DNA of 64,000 bases. Origin: an uncultured delta proteobacterium (GTDB lineage Bacteria; Desulfobacterota; Binatia; UBA9968). The notes under the pieces were generated by a model that was not told the DNA's origin, did no database searches, and was given only the letters and a program-made list of their open reading frames with translations. Made by a program: the position numbers and the translations under genes. Below are positions 29,089-39,652 of the stretch, one piece after another; position 1 is the first letter of the stretch, and each line of letters opens with the position of its first letter. The DNA is taken from the NCBI GenBank assembly GCA_963755715.1, contig CAVWLW010000027.1:192001-256000 (forward strand). The letters run 5' to 3'.

Positions 29089-30861
29089 TCAGCTTTGCTG
29101 CACGCCATAGCGTCGCGCGATGACATAATAAACCACCGCGATCGAAACCAAGATCACCGACCAAATGACGCCGAACGCGGCCAGCTCGCCCACCTGGGCG
29201 TTTTCCCAAAGCTCAAAGATCGCGACGGAAACCACCGGCGTCTGCGGGCTCACGAGCAAAACCGACATGGACAATTCTTTGGCGGACAATAGAAAAATAA
29301 ATACCCAGCCGCCGAGAAACGACGGCGTGATCAGCGGCACGACGATGCGGCGCATGGAGTTGAACCAAGACGCGCCGGACACGTAAGAAGCCTCTTCGAG
29401 TTCCTTGTGCAACTGCAGCAAGGCCGAATGAGTATAGCGAATGCCGTAAGGGATGTAGCGGGTGACGAAAGCGATCAAGAGAATCCACAGCGTGCCGTAC
29501 ACGGGAATCGGCACGAACAGATAAAAGCGCAGGATCGCCAACCCCATGACGATGCCGGGGAACAACAGCGGCAGCGTCGTCAGCAAGTCGAGCAGCCACC
29601 GTCCGCGCATTTTGGTCCGCACCAGAAGCCAAGAGGCAAACAAGGTGAGTAACATCACCGCGCTGGCGCTGCCGAGCCCGAGCAGGATGCTGTTTTTGAT
29701 CGCGTCGGTGACTTTCGGGAAATGAAGCGCCGTGATGTAATTTTTCACTGTGAATTTGGCCATCGCTTCGATGGACGGCTGCATGTAATACGGCAACAAA
29801 GACGCCCAGAGAATAATGAGAAAAGGCAGCACGAGCAGCACGACGGAATAAAATACTAACGCCGACGCTGTGAGATAACGCCAGCGGCCGAGGTTAATCA
29901 GTTTGGGCCGGTAACCTTTACCCGTCACCGTGTGAAAACGATCGCCCTCGCGAGTGATGCGGAAATAGAAATAGAGCGTCGCCGCCACCACCAGCATCAA
30001 CAGCACCGAGAACGCGCCGGCGCTGCCATACTTCGGCGGCAGCTTCTGCGCGTCGAGGTAGATCGACGTGGTCAGCACGCGGATGTCGCCGGGAAGTCCG
30101 ACCAGTGCGGGAATCTCGAAGGACTCGAAGGATCGGATGAAGATCAACAACATCACGGAAAAGAACGCCGGCAGCATCAGCCGGAGCGATATTCGCCGCA
30201 TGGTCTGCCAAACCCGTGCGCCGCAAACCGATGAAGCTTCTTCCAGCGAAGGATCCATGGAGCGGAACGTGGCCGCCAACATGAGAAAGACAAAAGGCGA
30301 CCACAGCAACGACTCGATGAAAATCATGCCGAACAGCGAATAAATGTTGACCACCGGGCCCGGCTGATCCAGCACGGTTTTAAGCCAGTAATTGACCGGC
30401 CCTGCCCTGCCCAGCAACAATAACCAGCCGATGGTGTAAAGAATAAAGGGAGTGCCGAAGGAAGCGAACGCGGTAAAATAACCCAAGCCGCGCAGCGGAC
30501 TGTCCGTGCGCGTGACGATCCAAGCGATTGAGCCGCCAAGCAGGGTCGCCAGAAGCGCGCTGCCCAAAGAAAAATAGAATGTGTTCAGAAACGGGCCAAT
30601 GACCTGCAGCTCGCGCAGCAGATCTTGATAATAGCGGAGCGTGAACTCATCGATCTCACCGGTGAGCTTGGTCGTGAACAGACTGGTTTGGATGACGGAA
30701 TAGAGCGGCGGCAAAACAAGATAAGCGGTGACGACCGATACGATGATCATCACGATCGTCGCAACATCAAAATTGGAAGTCGTTCCCAGCGACCAAAGTC
30801 CACCCGAGGTGCGGGTTTTCAGCGGCACGCCGATGGTCTTGGTCGATTGTTGCTTGGCCAC
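29089..30861 (-). CDS. ABC transporter permease, FbpB/ThiP type
   Basis: RTDSPLR, DPSLEEASSVCGA, TVTGKGYRP, ELEEASYVSGA. Confidence 0.92.
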   Translation of the reverse strand: MAKQQSTKTIGVPLKTRTSGGLWSLGTTSNFDVATIVMIIVSVVTAYLVLPPLYSVIQTSLFTTKLTGEIDEFTLRYYQDLLRELQVIGPFLNTFYFSLGSALLATLLGGSIAWIVTRTDSPLRGLGYFTAFASFGTPFILYTIGWLLLLGRAGPVNYWLKTVLDQPGPVVNIYSLFGMIFIESLLWSPFVFLMLAATFRSMDPSLEEASSVCGARVWQTMRRISLRLMLPAFFSVMLLIFIRSFESFEIPALVGLPGDIRVLTTSIYLDAQKLPPKYGSAGAFSVLLMLVVAATLYFYFRITREGDRFHTVTGKGYRPKLINLGRWRYLTASALVFYSVVLLVLPFLIILWASLLPYYMQPSIEAMAKFTVKNYITALHFPKVTDAIKNSILLGLGSASAVMLLTLFASWLLVRTKMRGRWLLDLLTTLPLLFPGIVMGLAILRFYLFVPIPVYGTLWILLIAFVTRYIPYGIRYTHSALLQLHKELEEASYVSGASWFNSMRRIVVPLITPSFLGGWVFIFLLSAKELSMSVLLVSPQTPVVSVAIFELWENAQVGELAAFGVIWSVILVSIAVVYYVIARRYGVQQS

Positions 30862-30870
30862 GATGCGCCG

Positions 30871-31962
30871 CTACTTCACAAATATGTTGTTAAAGTAATC
30901 CACCCAGTCATTGCCTTTGTCGTACTGCGCATCTGGGTTGATATAGTAGGCACGCTTGAACCGTCCATTGCCGGGTTTCAAATCGACCTGCTTCGCCGGA
31001 ACTTTCGGGTGCGAAGGTAAGTAGTTCGATTGCTGAAAAACCTTTTGACCCCTCTCCGACATCGCGAAATCGAGGAGGAGCATCGCGGCGTGCGGGTGCG
31101 CTGAGTTTTTTGCGAGGGCAATCGTTTGAATGGTTGCGGTCACCGGTTCATGCGGCTGCCAATCCACCGGCGCCCCCGCCGATTTGCTGATAAAAGCGTG
31201 ATGATTGAATATTTGCAGCGCCAAGGGATATTCGCCGGCGATCGTCAAATCCAAAACTTGGCGATTGCTCGCAGTGGTCTTGGCAATGTTTTGCGCCTTC
31301 AATTTTTGTAAGTAAGTTTTACCGGCTTCCGCTCCCATGGTGCCCAGAATCGTGCCGATGAAGATCGGCGCACCGGAGCCGCGGCTCGTCGACCACATCA
31401 TCTGACCTTTCCAGCGCGGGTTGAGTAAGTCTTCGTAGGTTTTCGGAACTTCATTCGGCTTGACCATGCGCGTGTTGTAGCCGGTCGCGAAAAAATAAAG
31501 ATTGGTCGTTCCCCAAAACCCTTGGGCGTCTTTCAAATCGGCCGGATATTCCGCCAGCATCGGCGAATAGAATCGCTGTAATAAATTCGCTCGCCGCACC
31601 ATTGTCGGCGACACCGTGCCGTCGATAATGTCGACGTCGTATCTCTTGGCTTGATACTCAGCGAGCATCTTTTGCACCAGGCGTTCGGCGTTGCCGCGGA
31701 AGAATTCTACCTGCAGAAATGGGTACTCTTTCTCGAAAGCGTCTTTCACAGGCCGCACCACCTGATCGACGATCAGCGTCGTGTACCAGGAAACCTTTCC
31801 CTCTTTCTTTGCTCCCTCGACGAGAACCTTTTGCCGGTCGGCACGGTTCATCAGTGCGATCTCTTCCACCGTCGCGGCCATGACTCGGTGCGTTATCGCT
31901 ACGTCGGCGAGTCCAGCCACGATTGCGATAACGACGATCCATGACCGCTGGATTTTGGCCAT
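30871..31962 (-). CDS. ABC substrate-binding protein, Fe3+-like family (tandem paralog 1)
   Basis: Signal peptide; GAKKEGKVSWYT, GYNTRMVKP, HPHAAMLLLDF. Confidence 0.88.
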   Translation of the reverse strand: MAKIQRSWIVVIAIVAGLADVAITHRVMAATVEEIALMNRADRQKVLVEGAKKEGKVSWYTTLIVDQVVRPVKDAFEKEYPFLQVEFFRGNAERLVQKMLAEYQAKRYDVDIIDGTVSPTMVRRANLLQRFYSPMLAEYPADLKDAQGFWGTTNLYFFATGYNTRMVKPNEVPKTYEDLLNPRWKGQMMWSTSRGSGAPIFIGTILGTMGAEAGKTYLQKLKAQNIAKTTASNRQVLDLTIAGEYPLALQIFNHHAFISKSAGAPVDWQPHEPVTATIQTIALAKNSAHPHAAMLLLDFAMSERGQKVFQQSNYLPSHPKVPAKQVDLKPGNGRFKRAYYINPDAQYDKGNDWVDYFNNIFVK

Positions 31963-32080
31963 CTCTCAGTCCCCTTCTAAAATCAAGGCGGTGATTTCTG
32001 CTGCGAAGCTAGTCTGAGAACCCTTCCTTGTCAAGGTAATCGGCCCTCGAAAAAGCGACTGTCATCTCGGACGAAATGGA

Positions 32081-33229
32081 TCACTGAACAAAGTTTTTCT
32101 GAAAATACTCCACCCACTCGTTACCCTTGTCGAACTGTACTTCGGGATTCATATAATTGACGCGTTTGAACCGGCCACCGCCCGGTTTCAGATCCGCTTG
32201 AAGCGCGGGCATTTCGGGATGTGACGGCAGATAATTTGATAGTTGGAAAATCTTCTGCCCTCGTTTTGAAATGACGAAATCCAGAAACAGCAAAGCCGCG
32301 TGCGGATGCGGCGCAAATTTCGGCAAGCCAATCGTGCTGATCGTCGCCGCAACCGGCTCCAAAGGCAGCCATTCGGACGGCGCACCCGCCGTCTTGCTGA
32401 TATAGGCATGATGATTGAAGATGACGAGAACGAGCGGATATTCCCCGGCGATAACGAGATCGAGGACTTGACGTGCGCTCGCGGTGCTCTTGGCAATATT
32501 TTGTGCTCTGAGTTTTTGCAGGTAGACCTTCCCAGCAGTTTCACCCATCGTTTGGAACAGGTTGCCTACGAAGAGCGGCCCGCCACCGCCGCGTCCCGTG
32601 GACCAAATCATCTGCCCTTTCCATCGTGGATTTAATAGCTCCTCGTACGTTCGAGGAACTTCGTTCGGCTTCACCATGCGGGTGTTGTACCCCAGGGTAT
32701 GGAAATAGACGTTACTCACACCCCAATAGCCCTGCGGATCTTTTAGCTCCGCGGGATATTCGGCGAGATGCGGCGAGAAAAATTTTTGCAGGTAGCCGGC
32801 GCGCTGAACCATCGTCGTCGTCGAACTGCCGTCGACCACGTCCACGGCATAGCGCTTGGCTTGGTATTCGGCGAAAAGTCTTTGCGTGATGCGATCGGAG
32901 TTGCCGCGGAAAAATTCGACTTGGATGAAGGGATACTCCTTCTCGAAGGCGTCCTTGAGCGGCCGCACTACCTGCTCAACAATCAACGTCGTGTAGAAAG
33001 AAAGCTTGCCTTCCTTCTTCGCGCCTTCGACGAGAATTTTTTGCCGGTCAGCGGATTTCAATAGCGCGACATCTTCAACCGACGCGCCGTTCAGTGATTG
33101 AAGGTGAAAAAACGCGGCCAGCGTCATCGCGAGAACGAACTCCGCGATGCTCCACTTTGAACTTTGCCGTTTGTTAATGATTCCTGCGCTACGTCGACCA
33201 TCGAAAATGTGAGGGTCGTTTTTGCGCAT
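32081..33229 (-). CDS. ABC substrate-binding protein, Fe3+-like family (tandem paralog 2); start uncertain
   Basis: Closely similar to its neighbours: GAKKEGKLSFYT, FNHHAYISK, DLKPGGGRFKR. Confidence 0.88.
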   Translation of the reverse strand: MRKNDPHIFDGRRSAGIINKRQSSKWSIAEFVLAMTLAAFFHLQSLNGASVEDVALLKSADRQKILVEGAKKEGKLSFYTTLIVEQVVRPLKDAFEKEYPFIQVEFFRGNSDRITQRLFAEYQAKRYAVDVVDGSSTTTMVQRAGYLQKFFSPHLAEYPAELKDPQGYWGVSNVYFHTLGYNTRMVKPNEVPRTYEELLNPRWKGQMIWSTGRGGGGPLFVGNLFQTMGETAGKVYLQKLRAQNIAKSTASARQVLDLVIAGEYPLVLVIFNHHAYISKTAGAPSEWLPLEPVAATISTIGLPKFAPHPHAALLFLDFVISKRGQKIFQLSNYLPSHPEMPALQADLKPGGGRFKRVNYMNPEVQFDKGNEWVEYFQKNFVQ

Positions 33230-33262
33230 CGACCTTAGATCAACTTACGATGGCTCGCCCGA

Positions 33263-34346
33263 CTATTTCAAGAAATTCTTCTCGAAGTAATCGACCCATG
33301 CATTGCCTTCGTTCAATTGCGAATCCGGCGTAAAGTAGAGCACTCTCTTGAAGCGCCCGCCTCCCGGTTTCAGATCGGGCTGTTTCGCCGGAACCTTCGG
33401 ATGGGACGGCAGATAGTTAACGGCTTGAATAACTTTCTGTCCCTCCTCCGACAGGATAAAGTCAAGGAAGAGCATAGTCGCATGCGGGTGCGGCGAGCGC
33501 GTCACCGGAGAGATCGTGTTGATGGTCGCCGACGCCGGTTCCAGCGCGTACCAATCGACCGGCGCGCCGGCGGTCTTACTGATATGGGCGTGGTGATGAA
33601 AGATATGCAGCGCCGATCGGATACTCACCTGCGATCACCAGGTCTAGCAGCTGTCGATTGCTCGCCGTCGTCTTCGCTACGTTCTGCGTTTTTAGTTTCT
33701 GCAAATACGCCTTGCCCGCTTCCGGTCCCATCGTCTGCAAAACGTTTCCGATAAACATCGGCGCGCCCGAGCCGCGGCTCGTCGACCACATCATTTGCCC
33801 TTTCCAGCGCGGGTTGAGCAGGTCTTCGTAGGTCTTGGGCACTTCATTGGGCTTCACCATGCGCGTGTTGTAGCCGAGAGCGAAATAATAGACGTTGCTC
33901 ACGCCCCAATAGCCCTGCGGATCTTTCAGCTCCGCGGGATATTCGGCGAGATGGGGCGAATAGAAGCGCTGCAAATAACCGCCATTTTTTACCATCGGCG
34001 CCGTGACCGTACCGTCGACGATATCGACTTCATAACGTTTCCCCTGATACTCCGCGAACATTTTTTGCACGAGCCGTTCCGAGTTGCCGCGGAAGTACTC
34101 GACTTGCAGGAATGGATACTTTTTTTCAAAGGCCTCCTTTACCGGACGCACGACTTGATCGACGATCAACGACGTGTACCACGAGATCTTGCCTTCCTTG
34201 CGCGCGCCGTCGACGAGAATTTTTTGCCGGTCCGGCTTATTGTAAAGAGTGATCTCATCGACCGTGGCTGCGCCGCAAATCGTAATTGACGCTGACGCGA
34301 TCAGAGAATAAACGAGGCCGCTCAAAAGTATCGGGGCAAATTTCAT
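33263..34346 (-). CDS. ABC substrate-binding protein, Fe3+-like family (tandem paralog 3; frameshift near 33620)
   Basis: ORFs 33576-34361 and 33263-33628 join into a full paralog. Confidence 0.87.
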
Positions 34347-34459
34347 GCAGCACCTCCGCAAACTATCCTGTGCCTTGAGACCCCTCGTCGAATAATTCGT
34401 CGATCATGGCGTTTTTCCGCTCCGCTGAAAACCGCGGCGTGCGGTCAAACCCCTTGGGG

Positions 34460-35581
34460 TTAGTGCAGTATCGTCTCGGCAAATCTCCCTGCAGGGATTC
34501 TCACGTTGGTGTATTTATCTTCGAGATGGTTTCGCACTCGGTTGTACTCCTGCACGGTGAGCGCGTCCTTTGCCGCCGAGATGCCCAAGTCTTTCAACCA
34601 TTGCGTGTTAACATCGAGTCGCCGCGTGCCGTTCTGCATGATTTTGCCGTACCAGTCTTGACCCTCACGACTCAGAAACCAGTTGATAAAAACCTTGGTG
34701 GCGTTGGGGTGGGGCGGATCTTTGATGATGCCGAGAACGCCGAAGCTGTTGCTTGCAGGCAGTCCCTCTTTCGTCGCGGGCGCAGGTTTGATCGGCAGTC
34801 CCGCCTTGATGAACGGTTCGGTTTGACTTCGACCTAGGCCAAACGCCAAAGCCACTTTGCCTTTCGCCAAGGCGTCGGCGAGCTGGCGCAGATCGCGGGT
34901 CAAGAATAAATCCTGCTGAACCAATTTCTTGAGAAATTCCTCGCCGCGCAGTTCCCACATGAATGACCAGATCGACTGGCCGGAGCTCGGCACGCGCGGA
35001 TCGCTGAAGCCGATCCGTCCCTTCCATTTCGGATTTAAGTAATCCTCGAAGGAACGCAGCTCCTGCGGCTTCGCCAGGCTGGTGTTATACCAGGTGCTGT
35101 GCGTGCTCACGTCGGCAAGAAACGAATAAAGAAACTTGCTCGTGCTTACGTTGTCTTCCCAAATATGGCCGCCCCACCACTGCTTCGGATCTTTCACTTC
35201 GGTAAGAATCCAAAAAGACTCCATCGGTTCAAGCATGCCGTCGTGCGTCAATCCCGCCGCAGTGCCGGTGCCGCAAATAATCGCGTCAAAGTAACTTACG
35301 CCGGCCTTTTTTTCCGCCGTGATCCGGCTTGCGTTTTTTGGACCGGGTGCAGAGACCAACTCGGCTTCCAGGCCGAACTTTTGCTTTAAAAGCGGCTCTA
35401 GAGCGGTGCGTAGCTCTGTGGCCGGAGGAATCGCAAGGACAATCTTGCCTTCCTTCTTGGCCTCTTCGAGAGTTTTGTCCCATTCCGCTAGGCGTCTCGT
35501 TTCGGCCGCAAAGATGGGCGGCTGCAAAGCTAGCGTGACGACAAATAATGCCGCAATGAATTCGACAGATCTATGGAACAT
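34460..35581 (-). CDS. ABC substrate-binding protein, Fe3+-like family
   Basis: Signal peptide; EAKKEGKIVL, PHPNATKVFINWFLSREGQ; same subgroup as 21404-22495. Confidence 0.87.
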   Translation of the reverse strand: MFHRSVEFIAALFVVTLALQPPIFAAETRRLAEWDKTLEEAKKEGKIVLAIPPATELRTALEPLLKQKFGLEAELVSAPGPKNASRITAEKKAGVSYFDAIICGTGTAAGLTHDGMLEPMESFWILTEVKDPKQWWGGHIWEDNVSTSKFLYSFLADVSTHSTWYNTSLAKPQELRSFEDYLNPKWKGRIGFSDPRVPSSGQSIWSFMWELRGEEFLKKLVQQDLFLTRDLRQLADALAKGKVALAFGLGRSQTEPFIKAGLPIKPAPATKEGLPASNSFGVLGIIKDPPHPNATKVFINWFLSREGQDWYGKIMQNGTRRLDVNTQWLKDLGISAAKDALTVQEYNRVRNHLEDKYTNVRIPAGRFAETILH

Positions 35582-35788
35582 ACCGGCCTCCCACCTGGCG
35601 CGAGCTTGACCAGGGTCCGCGTGATTGCTCTCTTAACAATTTGCCGATAGCGAAGCAAACATTTGTTGACGGCTATCGACAAAGAAAAGACAGTCGAGGT
35701 CTGTGGTTGACGGCTGGAATCATCAGATGATAATCGAATGAATACATCACTATGAGCGATAGGTGAAACGTACCCGCAAGGAGGGTTT

Positions 35789-36202
35789 ATGATTACCACC
35801 AAAGGCGTTTACCATATGGGTATTCCGGTCAATGATGTGGAGCGCGCCGTAAAGTTTTACACCGAGATTCTCGGCATGACGATTGCCAAGCTCAACCGCG
35901 ATGATATGGGCGATCACCTGAATCGCGCCGATCTTCGCTCGGGAGATTCCATGGTGGTGCTTTTCCAGCGGCCAAAGGCGCTGGAAAAAGACGCCGTAAA
36001 AGAGGACGGCGCAACCCATCAAGCTTTCATGGTCTCGCCGGAGGATTTCGAGCTCGCGGCAAAGAAGATGAAAGATTGGGGCGTAAAAGTTTATGACATC
36101 CCGACCGTCGAGCGCCCTACCGGAAGAGGTTTTTACTTCTTCGACCCCGATGGCAATCTGCTGCAATTGTACGCGCCGCCGAAAATGCAACCGGCATCGT
36201 GA
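35789..36202 (+). CDS. VOC/glyoxalase family protein
   Basis: HMGIPVNDVERAVKFY, HQAF, FYFFDPDGNLLQL; AGGAGG RBS. Confidence 0.9.
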   Translation: MITTKGVYHMGIPVNDVERAVKFYTEILGMTIAKLNRDDMGDHLNRADLRSGDSMVVLFQRPKALEKDAVKEDGATHQAFMVSPEDFELAAKKMKDWGVKVYDIPTVERPTGRGFYFFDPDGNLLQLYAPPKMQPAS

Positions 36203-38477
36203 AAAATTTCAAAGTCGTCGGCAAGCCGCTGCCGCGGCTCGATGGTCCCGACAGCGTCACCGGCCGCGCCATCTACACCGTGGATGTCGCCTTGCCGGAA
36301 ATGCTCCACGTCAAGTTATTTCGCAGCGACCTACCCCACGCGAAGATTCGTCGCCTCGATGTGAGCCGCGCGCGAGCGCTGAATGGCGTCGCCGCGGTTC
36401 TCACCGCCGACGACGTGCCGGCGAAGCGCTTCGGTTTCGGCGTCCAGGACGAACAGCTTCTCGCCGGCGACAAGGTGCGCTACGTCGGTGACGTGATCGC
36501 CGCGGTTGCGGCCGTCGACGAAACGACCGCGGAGCAGGCGCTCGATCTCATCGAATGCGATTACGCAGAGCTGCCCGCCGCGCTCACTTTGGCTGAGGCG
36601 CTGAGCGAGAACGCACCTTTGGTTCACGAACAGTTAAGCTCCTATCGGCTCAATACCGTGCTGGCGCGCGACTGGCATCCGGTATTCGGCACCAACATTG
36701 CCCATCAAACATCCTTCGCAAAAGGCGATATCGATAAAGGCTTTGCTGATGCTGACGAGATCTTCGACGACACCTTTCGCTCGCAGCAAGTGCAGCACTG
36801 CTCGCTCGAGCCACACGCCGTGGTTGCTGAGTGGAACGGCGATCGTCTGACCGTCTGGACCAGCACGCAGAAAGTTTTTCTGGTGCGCTCCGGCTTGGCG
36901 GACCTGTTCGATCTACCGGAAGATAAGATTCGCGTCATCGGCAGCAAAGTCGGCGCCGGTTTCGGCGGCAAGAACGCCATGCGCTTGGAACCCTATGCCG
37001 CGGCGCTCGCGCTCAAGACCGGCAAACCGGTGCGTCTCGTCAACAGCCGTGCCGAAGAGTTCTTTGCCGCCGCCGGTTCCGTGCCGGCGAACGGTGCGCA
37101 TCAAGAACCGGGGTTAAAAAAGACGGCACGATCACGGCGCGCGCTATGGAATTTACCTGGGACACCGGCGCCTACGCCGAGGGGCTGGCCGGCAGCAACC
37201 GCGCCCTCAAAGACGGCGTCGGGCCGTATAAAATTCCTAATATTCGCGTCAGCTCGACCTTAGTCTATACCAACAAACTGCGCGGCTGCCCTTTTCGCGG
37301 CCTCGGCATACCGGAAGCGGTATGGGCCGGCGAATCGCAGATGGATATCATTGCGCAAAAGCTCGGTATCGATCCGGTCGCGCTTCGGTTGAAAAATTGT
37401 CTCGATACCGGCGACGTAACTCCGGCCGGCGATCGCGCCAACCATATCGCGCTGCGCGAGTGTTTGGTGAAGGTCGGTGACGAGCTCAAGCGCTGGAAGA
37501 AACGCGCGCCGGCGCATCATGGATTCGGCGTCGCGCTGCTGCATAAGTCGCCGACCACTTCGGCGTCTTCTTCCAACGCGCGCGTGCGCATCGACGCCGA
37601 TGGCAAGGTCGAACTGTTTATCGGCGCCACCGACGTCGGCGGCGGCACCGGCACGAGCCTCGGACAAATCGTCGCGGAAGAATTAGGCATACCCCTCGGC
37701 ACAGTTCGCGTAATCATCGCCGATACCGAGTTGACGCCGTTCGACCACGGTACCTACTCGAGCCGCGTGACGCCCTACGTCGGCGCCGCGGTCAAGCTCG
37801 CCGCGGCTGACGCGCGCCGGCAGATCATGGAAACCGCCGCTCGATTATGGAATTTGCCCGCCGAAGCCGTCCGATTTGTTACCGGGAAAGTCAGTGCTAA
37901 AGGCCGGCGGGCGTTAAGTTTGGCCGAAGTCTTGGAGCAATCGCGTGCAGAAGAGATCGTTGGAGTCGGCGCGAGTCAGAGCAAACGGCTCTGGGCCGAA
38001 GATGCGTCGCAACAAGCAAAAGAGTCCAGCGCGCCGGGTTGGCCCTTCGGCGCTCAGGCGGTCGAAGTCGCGGTGGATCGCGAAACCGGCGTGATCAAGC
38101 TCATTCGAGTCGCGTCCGCGCACGACGTCGGCAGGGCGATCAATCCTCTCGCGGTCACGGGCCAAATCGAGGGCGGCATCATGATGGGACTCGGTTACGC
38201 GCTCTCGGAGAGTTTGCTGTTCGACGAGGGCAAGATCACCAACGCCAGCTTCGCCGATTATAAAATCCCAACTGTGCGCGATATCCCGGCGGCGACGCCG
38301 ATTATCGTCGAAAAAAATTATGACTCGGAGCCCTATGGCGCCAAAGGCGTGGGCGAGATGTCGGTGTTCGGCATCGCTCCCGCCGTCGCCAATGCGATCG
38401 CGCGCGTGACCGGCGTGCGCATCAAGGATTTGCCGATGTCGGCGGAGAAGGTGCTCGAACAGCTCAACAAATCATAG
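36199..38477 (+). CDS. Xanthine dehydrogenase family molybdopterin-binding large subunit (frameshifts near 37100)
   Basis: VTGRAIYTVD, LEPH, GAGFGGK, PFRGLG, GQIEGG, GAKGVGE. Confidence 0.92.
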
Positions 38478-38482
38478 CGGAG

Positions 38483-39517
38483 ATGCCGATGCACAAGCGA
38501 AAAAGAACTGGCGTTTCTCCCCTTATTTTTGTCTTTGAACTCGGTGTCCTTTGCGCTGCCTTTGTCCACGCCTTCGCCCAATCGGAGGAGGAACTGATAC
38601 GTGGCGCGAAAAAAGAAGGCCAGGTCGTGTTCTGGAGTTCCATGCGCGTTGAAGATTCAAAAGCGTTGGCCACCGGATTCGAAGCCAAGTATCCCTTCCT
38701 CAAGGTCGAAATCGTCCGCGCGGGAGGCGAGCAGATCGTCAATCGCGCCATTACGGAACATATGGCGGGAAAGACCACCTACGACGTGCTCAATGCATTT
38801 GCGCTCAAAGTTTTGCAAAACCGCGGTTTGCTCCAGCCCTATGCCGCGCCTGAGGCAAATCATTATCTCGCCGGCTTTAAAGACGCACAGAATTTCTGGG
38901 TATCGCTCTACAGCGGCTACAACGTGATCGGCTATAACACGAAGCTCGTCCCCAAAGGCGAAGCGCCCAAGAACTGGGAAGATCTCTTGAATCCCCGGTG
39001 GAAAGGCAAGTTGGGAATGGACGATGAAGAATATTTTTGGTACGCCGGCATGCTCAAATATTGGGGCGAAGACAAAGGCCGCAAGTATATGGAAGCGTTG
39101 AACCGGCAGGGATTACAATTCCGTAACGGCCATGCCTTGCTCGCCGATCTCATGTCGGTAGGAGAATTTCCCGTTGCCGTGGTCGTTTATCCGGATCAGA
39201 TCGAGCAGATGAAGCTCAAAGGCCAACCTGTCGAGTGGGTCAAGACCACCGATCCGATTCTGGTTAACCTCGCGCCGGTTGCCGTTGCGGCAAAGGCGCC
39301 GCATCCAAACGCGGCTAAGCTGCTTATGAACTACAGCATTTCGAAGGAAGGCCAGGAGATCTTGCAAAAGGCCCGGCGCGCTTCAGCTCGGCACGATGTC
39401 CCGCCGCTCGTTCCTGAGATGGATCCGAGGAAACTTAAGCTCGTGCCCCTCGACCCCGAGATCCCAACCAACGCAGAGCACATTAAGGATTTTCGCAGAG
39501 CGTTTGGTTTGAACTAG
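38483..39517 (+). CDS. ABC substrate-binding protein, Fe3+-like family
   Basis: Signal peptide; GAKKEGQVVFW, GYNTKLV, APHPNAAKL. Confidence 0.88.
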   Translation: MPMHKRKRTGVSPLIFVFELGVLCAAFVHAFAQSEEELIRGAKKEGQVVFWSSMRVEDSKALATGFEAKYPFLKVEIVRAGGEQIVNRAITEHMAGKTTYDVLNAFALKVLQNRGLLQPYAAPEANHYLAGFKDAQNFWVSLYSGYNVIGYNTKLVPKGEAPKNWEDLLNPRWKGKLGMDDEEYFWYAGMLKYWGEDKGRKYMEALNRQGLQFRNGHALLADLMSVGEFPVAVVVYPDQIEQMKLKGQPVEWVKTTDPILVNLAPVAVAAKAPHPNAAKLLMNYSISKEGQEILQKARRASARHDVPPLVPEMDPRKLKLVPLDPEIPTNAEHIKDFRRAFGLN

Positions 39518-39652
39518 ATCTGACTCGAAAACCTCATTCACAAATCGTGTTGCCGCGTCTAATTTTTTTCTCGTCCTCTCCCGCGAACGGGCGGGCAAAC
39601 ATCGCCGCTGTCACTTAATCGAGCGAAACAGCAGCAGACGAAAGGAAACTAA

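Noticed and set aside
36199-38477. Aerobic CO dehydrogenase CoxL
   Set aside because: Lacks the AYxCSFR active-site loop (has PFRGLG) and there are no coxM/S/accessory genes.
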